This document shows positions 28,104 to 38,083 of a DNA stretch of 64,000 bases, piece after piece. The notes beneath the pieces were generated by a model. The model saw only the letters and a list, made by a program, of their open reading frames with translations. It did no database searches and was not told the DNA's origin. Numbering within the stretch: position 1 is the first letter of the stretch; the number at the start of each line of letters is the position of its first letter. Source of the DNA: an uncultured Acidobacteriota bacterium (lineage in GTDB: Bacteria > Acidobacteriota > Terriglobia > Acidiferrales > UBA7541); contig CAVRLD010000002.1 in the NCBI GenBank assembly GCA_963721915.1, positions 111,442 to 175,441 of the forward strand, in the 5' to 3' direction. The position numbers were made by a program, and so were the translations under genes.

Positions 28104-29531
28104 TCAGCGGAGGGCGGCGGCGAGTGCTTTAACGAGGTGCGGCTCTTGTTCTGGGAAGACGGTGCGCAGGTCAACGATGAGGTGGTCTTCTTCGACGCGA
28201 GCGATAACGCTGATGCCGGCGGAGCGGCGGAGGCGTTGCTCGAGTTGCGCGGCGGAGTGGCGGGCGCTGGCGATGCGGATGATTTTTGTGGGAAGCGATT
28301 GCGTAGGCGTGGAGCCGCCTCCGGCTAGAGAGGCGCCGTCGGCGACTTCCAGTTCGACTTCGCCTAGAGGGAGTTCGGGGGTTAGCTCGCGAAGGAAATT
28401 CTCGGCGCGGCGTTTTAATTCTTGCAGGGTCATGCGAATCATGCGAAGCGCGGGGATTTCGTCGAGCTCGGCGCGGAGGTAAGCGCCCAGGGTGGCTTCG
28501 AGTGCGGCAGTGGTGAGCTTGTCTACGCGGAGGGCGCGGAAGAGCGGGTGGCGGCGAACGCGGGTGACGATCTCTTTTTTTCCGGCGATGATGCCGGCTT
28601 GCGGGCCGCCGAGAAGTTTGTCGCCGCTGAACATGACTACCGAGACGCCGGCGTCGATGCTGTGGCGGACCAAGGGTTCGGAGATGCCTGCGGCGGACAG
28701 GTCGACCAGGCAGCCGGAGCCGAGGTCTTCGACCAGCGGCAAACTCGTGCGTTGACTTAACGCGGCTAGTTCTTCCAGCGTGGGCTTTTCGGCGAAACCG
28801 GTGATTTGGAAATTGGATGGGTGAACGCGCAGGAGCAGGCGCGTTTTTTCGTTGATGGCGCGTTCGTAATCGGCGATGCGCGTGCGGTTTGTTGTGCCTA
28901 TTTCGCGGAGGGTGGCGCCGCTTTCGGCCATGATTTCGGGGATGCGGAAACCGTCGCCGATTTCGATCAGTTCGCCGCGGGAGACGATGACTTCGCCGCC
29001 TTTAGCGAGCGCCGCCAGAACGAGCAGGACGGCAGCGGCGCAATTGTTGACTACGATGGCGGACTCGGCGCCGGTTAGGCGCTCGAGGAGTTGCGCGTTG
29101 TGGACGTCGCGCTTGCCGCGGGCGCCGGCTTCGAGGTCGTATTCGAGATTGGAATATTGGGTGGCGGTGCGGCGGAATTCTTCGATGGCGGATTCGGTGA
29201 GGGGGGAGCGGCCTAAATTGGTGTGGAGGATTACGCCGGTGGCGTTGATAACCGGTTGCAGGGAGCGGGAGAGGATTTGCTCGACGGCGGAGGTGATGTG
29301 CTGCTCGATGGATGCGGAATCTAGCGATAGGACTACGGTTTGCTGGCCGTCCGCGATTTTTGCGCGCAGGTCGGCTAGCGTGGCGCGGGTTACTTCCAAG
29401 AGCAGAGAGCGGTCGACGCGTTTGACTAGTGAGGCCAGGCGCGGCTGCGTCAGGAGCTCGTCTACGGAGGGGAGCTGGCGGAGGAGATCCGCCTGGTCGG
29501 CGGAAAGAACGCGGCTTTTGTGCGGTGCCAT
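28104..29531 (-). CDS. selA: L-seryl-tRNA(Sec) selenium transferase
   Basis: VINATGVILHTNLGRS, SRGELIEIG, SGDKLLGGPQAG, RALRVDK. Confidence 0.95.
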   Translation of the reverse strand: MAPHKSRVLSADQADLLRQLPSVDELLTQPRLASLVKRVDRSLLLEVTRATLADLRAKIADGQQTVVLSLDSASIEQHITSAVEQILSRSLQPVINATGVILHTNLGRSPLTESAIEEFRRTATQYSNLEYDLEAGARGKRDVHNAQLLERLTGAESAIVVNNCAAAVLLVLAALAKGGEVIVSRGELIEIGDGFRIPEIMAESGATLREIGTTNRTRIADYERAINEKTRLLLRVHPSNFQITGFAEKPTLEELAALSQRTSLPLVEDLGSGCLVDLSAAGISEPLVRHSIDAGVSVVMFSGDKLLGGPQAGIIAGKKEIVTRVRRHPLFRALRVDKLTTAALEATLGAYLRAELDEIPALRMIRMTLQELKRRAENFLRELTPELPLGEVELEVADGASLAGGGSTPTQSLPTKIIRIASARHSAAQLEQRLRRSAGISVIARVEEDHLIVDLRTVFPEQEPHLVKALAAALR

Positions 29532-29798
29532 GGGGTCATTTCAACACAGAAGGCGAGAGGAGGGAAAGGGTCGAAGGGCGGCGGACAAAGCGGGGAAATG
29601 CGGGACAAGGCGGGAAAATGCTTAACACAGAGGACACAGAGGGCGGAGCCAGAGAGGTCTGGGAAATGGGGGGAACTGGCCGCAGGGACAGGTGGATGGC
29701 GCGGAGGGACGGTGCTGCATGAGCCGCTTCGCAGGCGACGAACATTGACGGCGTTGCGGGGGGCTCCTAGCATGGAGAGACGAGGATCCTGTCCAGCC

Positions 29799-30455
29799 AT
29801 GGCCACGATCGACGAAGACCTCGCGCAGCTCGAGCGAGATATCCGCCAATTGAAAATTGAGTATGACCAGTATTTCGGTGGAGGTCGAAAGCGTCCGCCT
29901 ACCGAAATCGAGTGGCGCATCGAGCTGGTGGTCAAGCGCTACGGCGAGCGTGGCGGCGAGCTGAAATTCGCGCAACGCTTTCGATTCAGCAACCTCACGC
30001 AGACGTACGCGAAGTACAAGGATATTTTCCGCAAGAAAGTGCAGTTGAAGGAAGAAGGGCGGTCGCAGCGGCATTATGGCGCGGCGGCGAAAGCTATTGA
30101 AGCGGAGCGCGCGAAAGCGCATCCACAAGTGGCGGCTCCCGCAGCTCGACCGGGTGCGGTGATCGAGGCGCCGGTAGTGGCTCGGCCCGCAGTTGCGGCC
30201 GAGGTTCCAGCGTTCCGGGTTACGTGTGCCGATCCGGAGAACGAGAGCGAGAATGTCGAACGGCTTTATCATGCGTTCGTTCAGGCGAAGGCGCGAACCG
30301 GTGAAGAGATCCACAAGTTCTCTGCGGCAGGGTTCAAGGAATTTGTCCGCAAGAAGACGAAGGATTTGCAGGAGAAGCAGAACTGCCGCAACGTGGAGTA
30401 TGTGGTGGAAGTTGTCGCTGGGCAGGTGAAGTTGAAGGCGCTGGTGAAGTCGTAG
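29799..30455 (+). CDS. Conserved protein resembling the MXAN_5187 C-terminal domain family
   Basis: LKIEYDQYFGGGRKRPP, QRFRFSNL, C-terminal VEYVVEVVAGQVKLKA; start placed at MATID. Confidence 0.7.
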   Translation: MATIDEDLAQLERDIRQLKIEYDQYFGGGRKRPPTEIEWRIELVVKRYGERGGELKFAQRFRFSNLTQTYAKYKDIFRKKVQLKEEGRSQRHYGAAAKAIEAERAKAHPQVAAPAARPGAVIEAPVVARPAVAAEVPAFRVTCADPENESENVERLYHAFVQAKARTGEEIHKFSAAGFKEFVRKKTKDLQEKQNCRNVEYVVEVVAGQVKLKALVKS

Positions 30456-30660
30456 GTCGACGAGACGGCTTGCTCGCCGATTCGTGGCTGGTAGTTTCGG
30501 TCTGTAAGGAATAACTTAAAACTGCGAGATTTTTGGGTGCCTTTCCACTTTAGCTTGGCTTGCCGGGCTAAAGCCCGGCGGCTACACGGACAGAGGTCTC
30601 GTTTCCCATTTCAAGTCGGAGCGCTTACACTGTTGTGCTTTTCTTTTTCGGAGGCATGAC

Positions 30661-32232
30661 ATGGCGGTAGAGCGGGCGCTGATCAGCGTGTTTGACAAAA
30701 CGGGCATCGTGGAGTTTGCGAAGAAGCTCGCGGCTTTGCGCATCGAGATTCTTTCGACTGGAGGGACGTCGAAGCTGTTGCGCGAGGCGGGCGTGGCAGT
30801 GCGCGATGTTTCGGATTTCACGGGGTGGCCGGAGATGCTTGGCGGGCGCGTGAAAACGTTGCATCCGAAGGTGCATGGAGGGCTGTTGTACCGGCGAAAG
30901 CACGCTGAGGATGAGAAGCAGGCGGCGGAGCATGGCATCGCGCCGATCGATCTGGTGGTGGTGAATTTGTATCCGTTCGAAGCGACCGCGGCGAAGGCTG
31001 GACTGACTGCCGAGGAATTGATCGAGAACATCGATATTGGCGGGCCGACGATGCTCCGGTCGGCGGCAAAGAATTTCGAAAGCGTGACGGTGGTGACTGA
31101 TCCGGTGGACTACGCGCGGGTTGCGAGCGAGTTGGAAGGCTCGCGCGAAACGTCTCTGGCGACGCGGACTGACCTGGCGCGCAAAGTGTTTGCGACCACG
31201 TCGCGCTACGACGGCATGATCACGACGGAACTGGAGCGGCTCTCCGGCGCGTCGGGCCACGTGACTCTGGCGGACAAGGCGGTGCTGCCCGAGCGTCTTC
31301 ATATCGCGCTGCGGCGGCAGCAGGAACTCCGTTACGGAGAGAATCCGCACCAAGCTGCGGCTCTGTACGCGCCGGCCGGCCGGGCGCCGGAAGGGCTGGC
31401 GGCGGCGAAACAGCTCCAGGGCAAGGAGCTTTCGTACAACAATTTTGTGGACCTGGAGGCGGCGCGCAGCCTGGCGGCGGAATTCAAGAAACCCGCGGCA
31501 GTGATCATCAAGCACAACAATCCTTGCGGCACGGCGGAACAGGGGACGTTGCGCGACGCTTACCTCAAAGCGTATGCGTGCGATCCGATTTCGGCGTTTG
31601 GCGGGGTGCTGGCGTTCAACGGCGTTGTGGATGCGGCGACGGCGGAAGAAGTCGCCAAGCTGTTCGTGGAATGCATTGTGGCGCCGGGATTTGACGAAAA
31701 GGCCAAAGCGATTTTCGGGGCGAAGAAAAACCTGCGGCTGCTGGAATTGCCGGCGGGTGGCCTGGAGCCCGACCGGGAGTTGCAACTCAAGAGAATCCTG
31801 GGCGGAGTGCTGGTGCAGCAGCCTGATCTGGGTGAACTGAACGACGCGGATTTGCGCACAGTGACCAAGAGAGTGCCTACCGCCGAAGAGATGCACACGA
31901 TGAGGTTTGCCTGGAAGGTTTCGAAGCATGTGAAATCGAACGCGATCGTGTTTGCGCGGGAAAGCGCGACGGTGGGAGTGGGCGCGGGACAGATGAGCCG
32001 TGTTGACTCGGTCAAGCTGGCGGTAATGAAGGCGCAAGTGCCGTTGCAGGGTAGCGTGGTCGCGTCGGATGCTTTCTTTCCATTTCCCGATGGCGTCGAG
32101 GAGGCGGCCAAGGCCGGAGCTACCGCGGTGATTCAGCCTGGCGGATCGGTGCGCGATGGCGATGTGATCGCGGCGGCGGATCGGCTTGGGTTGGCGATGG
32201 TATTTACCGGCATGCGCCATTTTTTGCACTAA
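30661..32232 (+). CDS. purH: Bifunctional AICAR transformylase/IMP cyclohydrolase
   Basis: RALISVFDKTG, GRVKTLHP, LRYGENPHQ, KHNNPCG, SDAFFPF, TGMRHFLH. Confidence 0.97.
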   Translation: MAVERALISVFDKTGIVEFAKKLAALRIEILSTGGTSKLLREAGVAVRDVSDFTGWPEMLGGRVKTLHPKVHGGLLYRRKHAEDEKQAAEHGIAPIDLVVVNLYPFEATAAKAGLTAEELIENIDIGGPTMLRSAAKNFESVTVVTDPVDYARVASELEGSRETSLATRTDLARKVFATTSRYDGMITTELERLSGASGHVTLADKAVLPERLHIALRRQQELRYGENPHQAAALYAPAGRAPEGLAAAKQLQGKELSYNNFVDLEAARSLAAEFKKPAAVIIKHNNPCGTAEQGTLRDAYLKAYACDPISAFGGVLAFNGVVDAATAEEVAKLFVECIVAPGFDEKAKAIFGAKKNLRLLELPAGGLEPDRELQLKRILGGVLVQQPDLGELNDADLRTVTKRVPTAEEMHTMRFAWKVSKHVKSNAIVFARESATVGVGAGQMSRVDSVKLAVMKAQVPLQGSVVASDAFFPFPDGVEEAAKAGATAVIQPGGSVRDGDVIAAADRLGLAMVFTGMRHFLH

Positions 32233-32513
32233 GGCGCTGGAGAGCAAAGCTGGGCTTGCGGCCGCTTGGTGAACTGTCGGGATCAAAATATCGCGCGAAA
32301 ACTTTAATCGACGCGCTAAAGCACGCCCCTACATCGAAAGCCGCAGGGCTTCGCGGACTTCGCTACGCTACATGCTCGGTTTCATCGTGAAATAGGGAGT
32401 CCGGAGTCGACCTTGTCCGCCTCCCGCTTTTGCCATGCGTCATTGCGCCATGGCCGTGCATCCAAACCTTCGGTGTTCCAATATGCAAGGAAAGCATCAT
32501 GCGAGGTCCAGAA

Positions 32514-32751
32514 ATGGCGACAACCAGCGATGAGATGAAAATTGTGCTTCAGGTGGGAACCGAGTTGCGCATCACCAACAAAGGCGAGGTGATCTTAAGC
32601 AATCCTGAACTGGAACTTGCGAGAGAAACAGGTGCCGCCGACGCTGTGCTCCCTGTATGAGTTCGATCCGAAAGCGGGTGAGCATTCCTTCCGCCTCGTG
32701 GATCCTTTCGCGGACCGCAAGCACACTAAGGTGCATCGGCCGGGCGACTAA
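32514..32751 (+). pseudogene. Small hypothetical protein with a probable +1 frameshift
   Basis: GAGGT RBS, ATG 32514; dropping one C near 32651 gives a 78-aa ORF ending ...AVLLYEFDPKAGEHSFRLVDPFADRKHTKVHRPGD. Confidence 0.45.
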
Positions 32752-32985
32752 GCCCTGAGGGGTTTGGCCAGTGCCTTAGCGGGCTACGCTTGGGCTCCCT
32801 AAGTTCTGGCCTCACACTCAGGATTTCTCAACATACTCGTTTTCGGCTTTTTTCTTGATGCTCCCGAACGCTTCTCGCGATTCCCGCATCCTATTGGGGT
32901 GCGCTTCCAGACCCTGGAAATGCCGCCATTTTTGAGTTTTGACCCTCCCTGGGCCGCGTGGGATACTTTTCGTTTAGGGGTAATC

Positions 32986-35115
32986 ATGAACTTTCGCCGA
33001 CTGACCGTTGCCGCAACCCTTTTTTCTACCTTAGGTGCCTCCATTGCCTGGGGACAGCAACCCGTGGAGCAACCACCAGCGGCACCACCGACCCAAGAAG
33101 CGGCACCGTCTTCGGCATCGGGAATCACGTTGGCGACCAGTGCTGCCGCCGTGCCTTCCGATCGCGCGGACGCTTATTACAACTTTACGATGGGGCACGT
33201 CTACGAGCAGCAGTACGAAAACACCAGTAAAGCCGAATACGCCACGCAAGCCATCGATTTTTACAAGAAGGCTTACGCGCTCGATCCCAAGTCGCCAGTG
33301 ATTGGTGAGCGTCTGGCGGAGATGTATTGGAAGGCGCAGCGGGTCCGAGATGCCATCGCGGAAGCGCAGGAAATTCTCAAGCGCGACCCTAACGACGTGC
33401 CCACGCGGCGTTTGCTGGCGCGCATTTACCTTCGCAGCCTAGGGGATTTGAGCGCTAACGGCGGGCAGTCGGAGATCGCCGCGCGCGCGATCGAGCAATA
33501 CAAAGAAATCTATCGCCTGGAGCCGAGCGATACGGAGTCAGCCCTGTGGCTCGCGCGACTGTACCGGTTGCGGAACGAACACGACAAGGCAGAAGAGGTT
33601 CTGCGCGGAATCTTGAAAAATGAGCCGGACGACGAGGCGGCGATCGAGCAACTGACGCAACTCTTACTGGACGAAGGGAAATCACCGGAGGCTGTGGGGC
33701 TTCTGGAGGGAATGACGAGTCATACGCCGTCGCCGGTGTTGCTCGATCTTCTGGGCGATGCGTATACGCAGAGCAGGGACCTCGCGAAGGCGGAGCAAGC
33801 ATATCGCAAGGCCTCGGAACTCGATCCTTCGGAGTTGAGTCACCTGCGCGGCCTCGGCCAGACGTTAATGGCTGAGGAAAAGTACGCGGACGCGCTACCC
33901 GTTTATCAAAAGCTGATCGATCTGATGCCCGACGATGCTGACAATTACCTGGCGATTTCTCAGGTGTATCGCGAAATGCAGCAGTTGGATCACGCCGAGG
34001 AAAATCTTCTCAAGGCGCGACAGTACGCCCCGGGCGATGTCAAAATCATGTACAACGAAGCGAGGTTGTACGAGGCGCAGGGGCGCTACGAGGATGCGAT
34101 CCGGGTTTTGTCGGATGCGATCACCGGCGTTAAGGGGCAGTCGTCGGTACTGCCATCGCGGCGGCGCTCGCTGGCGGCTCTCTACGAGGAGCTGGGGCAA
34201 CTTTATCGCGACCGTCAAAGCTATCAGGCCGCAGCCTATACCTATGAGGAATTGGGCCATCTTGGCGATGAAGAAGATCGCCGAGCACGCATGTTGTTGA
34301 TGGATACTTATCGCGAGGCTCGGGATCTGCCGAAAGCTTTGCAGGTAGGCAAGGATGCGCTGGCGAAATATCCGAAAGATCCAGGGATGCAGTCGCGGGA
34401 AGCTTCGCTGCTGGGTGAAAATGGGCAGACGGACGAGGCTGTCAAAATGTTGCGTGCGCAGCTGACCAACAGCCAGGCGGACCGCGAAACGTATCTGAAC
34501 ATCGCGCAGGTTTATCAGCGGGGCAAGCGCTATAAGGAAGCGGAAGACGCCGCGCGCATGGCGGAGACCTTGCCCGGCCAGCCGCGCGACAACGAAATGG
34601 TCTGGTTCCTTCTGGGGGCGATCTACGAGAAGCAGAAATTTTTCGATCGGGCCGAAGAACAGTTCAAGAAGGCTCTTGCTGTAGACCCCAACAACGCGAC
34701 GGTGCTGAATTATTACGGCTACATGCTCGGCGATTTGGGGCAGCGGCTCGAAGAGGCGGAAGTTCTGGTGAAGGGCGCGTTGAAGGAAGAGCCTTACAGC
34801 GGCGCGTATCTGGACAGCCTGGGCTGGGTCTATTACAAGCAGAACAAGCTGGCCGATGCGGAGGCAACGCTGCGCAAGGCCGTTGATCGCGATAGCCACG
34901 ATCCCACCATTCACTCGCACCTTGGCGATGTATACTCCAAGCTGGGGCGCACGGAATTGGCCGCGGCGGAGTGGGAAAAGTCGTTGTCCGAGTGGCGCCG
35001 TTCGCTGCCGGCCGATGTCGAGACCGACAAGATCGCGGAACTTGAGAAGAAAGTTGGCCAGACCAAGCACCGCGTGGCGCAGAAGTCCGTGCCGCAAGAC
35101 ACCAAGCACCAATAG
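32986..35115 (+). CDS. Exported tetratricopeptide repeat protein
   Basis: Signal peptide, many TPRs, C-terminal LNYYGYML...YLDSLGWVYY...HLGDVY pattern. Confidence 0.9.
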   Translation: MNFRRLTVAATLFSTLGASIAWGQQPVEQPPAAPPTQEAAPSSASGITLATSAAAVPSDRADAYYNFTMGHVYEQQYENTSKAEYATQAIDFYKKAYALDPKSPVIGERLAEMYWKAQRVRDAIAEAQEILKRDPNDVPTRRLLARIYLRSLGDLSANGGQSEIAARAIEQYKEIYRLEPSDTESALWLARLYRLRNEHDKAEEVLRGILKNEPDDEAAIEQLTQLLLDEGKSPEAVGLLEGMTSHTPSPVLLDLLGDAYTQSRDLAKAEQAYRKASELDPSELSHLRGLGQTLMAEEKYADALPVYQKLIDLMPDDADNYLAISQVYREMQQLDHAEENLLKARQYAPGDVKIMYNEARLYEAQGRYEDAIRVLSDAITGVKGQSSVLPSRRRSLAALYEELGQLYRDRQSYQAAAYTYEELGHLGDEEDRRARMLLMDTYREARDLPKALQVGKDALAKYPKDPGMQSREASLLGENGQTDEAVKMLRAQLTNSQADRETYLNIAQVYQRGKRYKEAEDAARMAETLPGQPRDNEMVWFLLGAIYEKQKFFDRAEEQFKKALAVDPNNATVLNYYGYMLGDLGQRLEEAEVLVKGALKEEPYSGAYLDSLGWVYYKQNKLADAEATLRKAVDRDSHDPTIHSHLGDVYSKLGRTELAAAEWEKSLSEWRRSLPADVETDKIAELEKKVGQTKHRVAQKSVPQDTKHQ

Positions 35116-35120
35116 GCTGC

Positions 35121-36041
35121 ATGCGCGAAGTCCGCATCCCAGCGTTCGCCAAGATCAATCTGCGGCTGGACATTCTCGGGAAACGTGGTGACGGGTATCA
35201 CGAGCTCCGCACCATCTTTCAGACCATCTCCCTGCACGACATATTGATCCTGCGAAGTTCGCGGAAGCCGGGAATATCGCTCGCGATTCACGGCAACGAG
35301 AGGCTTTCGCAGGAGCCCGTCACGAAAAACCTTGTCTACCGGGCTGTGGATGCGCTGAGACGCGAATTGAAGATTCGTGGCGGCGTAGAGATTGAATTGC
35401 ATAAGAGGATTCCATCTGGCGGCGGGCTAGGCGGCGGATCAAGCGACGCAGCGGCGGCACTGCTCGGTTACTTGCGATTGACCGGGAAGAAGCTCGCGTT
35501 GGAACGGCTGATCGAGATTGCGGTTTCGTTGGGCGCTGACGTGCCGTTTTTCCTGTTTGGCGGGCGGGCGTTGGGAGTGAACAAAGGGGACGAGCTCTAT
35601 CCCCTCAGGGACGTCCCGAAACACGCGATTCTGGTGGTTGCACCGCGCAACATCCATGTGCCCACGCCAGAGGCATTTCGGTGGGCGAAGGCGGGTTCGC
35701 TGGCTGCGGCGCAGTCGCGACAATTGACAAAACGGCCCGGTAACTCTAAACTTTGGGAGTTCTGTGCTCTGTGCTGGAGCGCGCAGTTAAGCGGCCTTTC
35801 AAACGATTTTGAGCGGCCCGTTTTCCGGCGTCACCCTCGTCTCGCAACACTGAAGGGGGATTTGCTTCGAGCAGGAGCGACAGAGGCCATGCTGGCGGGT
35901 AGCGGTTCGGCGGTGTTTGGAGTTTTCCCGAGCCCAGCGTTGGCGCGCCGAGCCGCTGTTGGGTTTCCGAGCGACCAGACCTTCGTTTGCGAGACAATTT
36001 CGCGCGATCGGTATAAGCGTCTGGTTCAGACTGCGCTTTAG
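35121..36041 (+). CDS. ispE: 4-diphosphocytidyl-2-C-methyl-D-erythritol kinase
   Basis: AKINLRL, KRIPSGGGLGGGSSDAA, LGADVPFF, NDFE, GSGSAVF. Confidence 0.95.
   Translation: MREVRIPAFAKINLRLDILGKRGDGYHELRTIFQTISLHDILILRSSRKPGISLAIHGNERLSQEPVTKNLVYRAVDALRRELKIRGGVEIELHKRIPSGGGLGGGSSDAAAALLGYLRLTGKKLALERLIEIAVSLGADVPFFLFGGRALGVNKGDELYPLRDVPKHAILVVAPRNIHVPTPEAFRWAKAGSLAAAQSRQLTKRPGNSKLWEFCALCWSAQLSGLSNDFERPVFRRHPRLATLKGDLLRAGATEAMLAGSGSAVFGVFPSPALARRAAVGFPSDQTFVCETISRDRYKRLVQTAL
35724..35752 (+). promoter_or_regulatory. Internal sigma70 promoter within ispE (putative prs-operon promoter)
   Basis: TTGACA-N17-TAAACT. Confidence 0.6.
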
Positions 36042-36169
36042 GATGCGCTTGTCTTTTTGTTCGATCCTCTCAGCGTCCTCGTGTGCTAATTCGTTTTCCC
36101 GGGCCGAAGCAATTAAAATCGCCGCCGCGTTGATCGCACGATGATCAAAGGCGTGGAGCCACCGACCTC

Positions 36170-37114
36170 GTGAACGACGATCGCTTCAAGATTTTCTCCG
36201 GGACGGCGAATTTGCCGCTGGCAGAGAATATCTGCAAGCACCTGGACACCACGCTCGGCAAGATGAAGCTGGGGCGTTTCAGCGATGGCGAGATTTACCT
36301 CCAGATTCTGGAGAACGTGCGCGGCGCGGACGTTTTCGTGGTGCAGCCTTGCTGTCATCCGGTGGACAACCACCTGCTTGAACTGCTGTTGATGATTGAC
36401 GCGTTCAAGCGCGCGTCGGCGTGGCGTATCACCGCGGTGTTGCCGTATTACTGCTATGCACGGCAGGATCGCAAAGACAAGCCGCGCGTTCCGATCTCCG
36501 CGAAGCTGGTGGCGGACTTGCTGGAAACCGCGGGTGCGAGCCGGGCTCTGACGCTGGATTTGCACGCGCCGCAGATTCAAGGTTACTTCGATGTGCCGGT
36601 GGATCACCTGTTCGGCTCGCCGGTGCTGGTGGAATATTTCAAGAGTTTGAAGCTGCCGAACGTGACGGTAGTTTCGCCTGACGCTGGTGGCGTGGAGCGC
36701 GCCCGCTTCTTCGCGAAGAGGATGGACGCTCCGTTGGCGATCGTCGATAAACGGCGCGTCGATGTTGACGTTAGCGAAGTGATGAACTTGATCGGAGACG
36801 TTCGGGGGCGTACCGCGCTGATTGTGGATGACATCATCGACACCGCGGGCACACTGGTGAAAACCGCTGAGGCTTTGATTCGCGAAGGCGCGTTGCAAGT
36901 GTACGCAGCCTGTACGCACGCGGTGCTGTCGGGTCCGGCGATCGAGCGCATCGCGAAGTCACAGATTAAGGAAGTCGTCGCTACCGATTCGGTGCCAATG
37001 TCCGAAGCCGCGAAGAAGATGGGCAAGATCAAAGTGCTGAGCGTCGCGGATTTGCTGGCCCGCGGCATTCGCTCGATCCACGAAGAAACGTCGATCAGCG
37101 AACTATTCATTTAG
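36170..37114 (+). CDS. prs: Ribose-phosphate pyrophosphokinase
   Basis: FSDGEI, YARQDRK, DLHAPQIQG, VSPDAGG, VDDIIDTAGT. Confidence 0.97.
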   Translation: MNDDRFKIFSGTANLPLAENICKHLDTTLGKMKLGRFSDGEIYLQILENVRGADVFVVQPCCHPVDNHLLELLLMIDAFKRASAWRITAVLPYYCYARQDRKDKPRVPISAKLVADLLETAGASRALTLDLHAPQIQGYFDVPVDHLFGSPVLVEYFKSLKLPNVTVVSPDAGGVERARFFAKRMDAPLAIVDKRRVDVDVSEVMNLIGDVRGRTALIVDDIIDTAGTLVKTAEALIREGALQVYAACTHAVLSGPAIERIAKSQIKEVVATDSVPMSEAAKKMGKIKVLSVADLLARGIRSIHEETSISELFI

Positions 37115-37252
37115 GTAGCACAGACACTCATGTCTGTGCCCGGTGCAACACCGGCATGATGCTGGCGCGGAGCGTCGCAATGTAGTGGCGGGTCTTTAGA
37201 CCCGTCAGCAGCACCAAGGGAATTGCAATGTAGTGGCGCGCTTTAGCGCGTC
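37115..37252. repeat. Cluster of GTAG-type REP hairpins
   Basis: gtagcacagac..gtctgtgc; tgtagtggcgggtctttagacccgtca (37181); tgtagtggcgcgctttagcgcgtc (37229). Confidence 0.75.
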
Positions 37253-37282
37253 CCGGCAAGATCGTAACGAAGGGAAGAAAGT

Positions 37283-38008
37283 ATGGCTCAAGAAAAGATA
37301 GTCGTCGAAGGATCACCCCGCGCGACCCGCGGCAAAAATGAAGCCCGCAGACTTCGCCTGACCGGGAAGGTCCCCGCCGTACTCTACGGCGGCAAGGGCG
37401 AAGCCATCACCCTGGCCGTGAACGCCAAGCAGGTAGGCGCGATCCTGCGTTCCGAAAGCGGCCACAACACCCTCTTTCAAGTCGATCTAGGCGGAAAGCA
37501 CGAACCCGCAATCCTGAAAGATTGGCTGGTCGATCCCATCACCGGGCGCTTGCTGCATGTGGATCTTCTGCGCATCGCCATGGACGTGCGTATGCGTGTG
37601 AGGGTTCCCGTGCACACATTTGGTGAGCCTTCCGGCGTGAAAGTGGAGGGCGGCGTCTTCGAAATGGTCACCCGCGAGGTTGAAGTCGAAGTCTTGCCCG
37701 CGGACATTCCCACGGAGTTCAAGGCCGACATCAGCGGCCTGGCGTTGAATCAGGCTCTCCGCGCCGGCGATCTTCAGTTCGACACCAGCAAGATAAAGCT
37801 GATCACCGACAAGGACCGCGTTATCGCGCACGTAGTCGCGCTCAAGGTCGAAGAAGAGAAACCCGCCGACGTTGTGGCCACCGAGGCAGCAGCGCCCGCC
37901 GAGCCCGAAGTCATCAAGAAGGGCAAGAAGGAAGAAGAAGGCGAGGAAGACGCCGAGGGCGAAGCCAAAGGCAAAGCCGAGAAGACCGACAAGGACAAAA
38001 AGAAGTAG
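37283..38008 (+). CDS. rplY: 50S ribosomal protein bL25 (Ctc/TL5 long form)
   Basis: GKNEARRLR..GKVPAVLYG, HVDLLR, acidic tail. Confidence 0.95.
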   Translation: MAQEKIVVEGSPRATRGKNEARRLRLTGKVPAVLYGGKGEAITLAVNAKQVGAILRSESGHNTLFQVDLGGKHEPAILKDWLVDPITGRLLHVDLLRIAMDVRMRVRVPVHTFGEPSGVKVEGGVFEMVTREVEVEVLPADIPTEFKADISGLALNQALRAGDLQFDTSKIKLITDKDRVIAHVVALKVEEEKPADVVATEAAAPAEPEVIKKGKKEEEGEEDAEGEAKGKAEKTDKDKKK

Positions 38009-38083
38009 GAGCGCAGCATGCTGCGCCCCAGCTTGGCGGGATGCTATCCGCCCGCGGATTCGGACGCCGGAAGATAGAAACGT

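Noticed and set aside
28104-29531. Selenocysteine operon or TGA-recoded selenoproteins near selA
   Set aside because: No selB/selC/selD and no convincing in-frame TGA plus SECIS were seen in the window.
29580-29621. GCGGGACAAG-like 10/20-bp periodic repeat
   Set aside because: Short, low-complexity and a single occurrence; no function can be supported.
30456-30660. ZTP (pfl) riboswitch upstream of purH
   Set aside because: Conserved motif elements were not found by eye; the region holds a REP. An Rfam scan would be decisive.
30625-32286. 553-aa antisense ORF and similar long shadow ORFs (33895-35112, 51217-52371, 61702-62955)
   Set aside because: Antisense shadows of well-conserved high-GC genes with no recognisable motifs.
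36042-36169. tRNA-Gln often found between ispE and prs
   Set aside because: No cloverleaf or T-loop consensus is visible; no tRNA or rRNA was recognised anywhere in the window.
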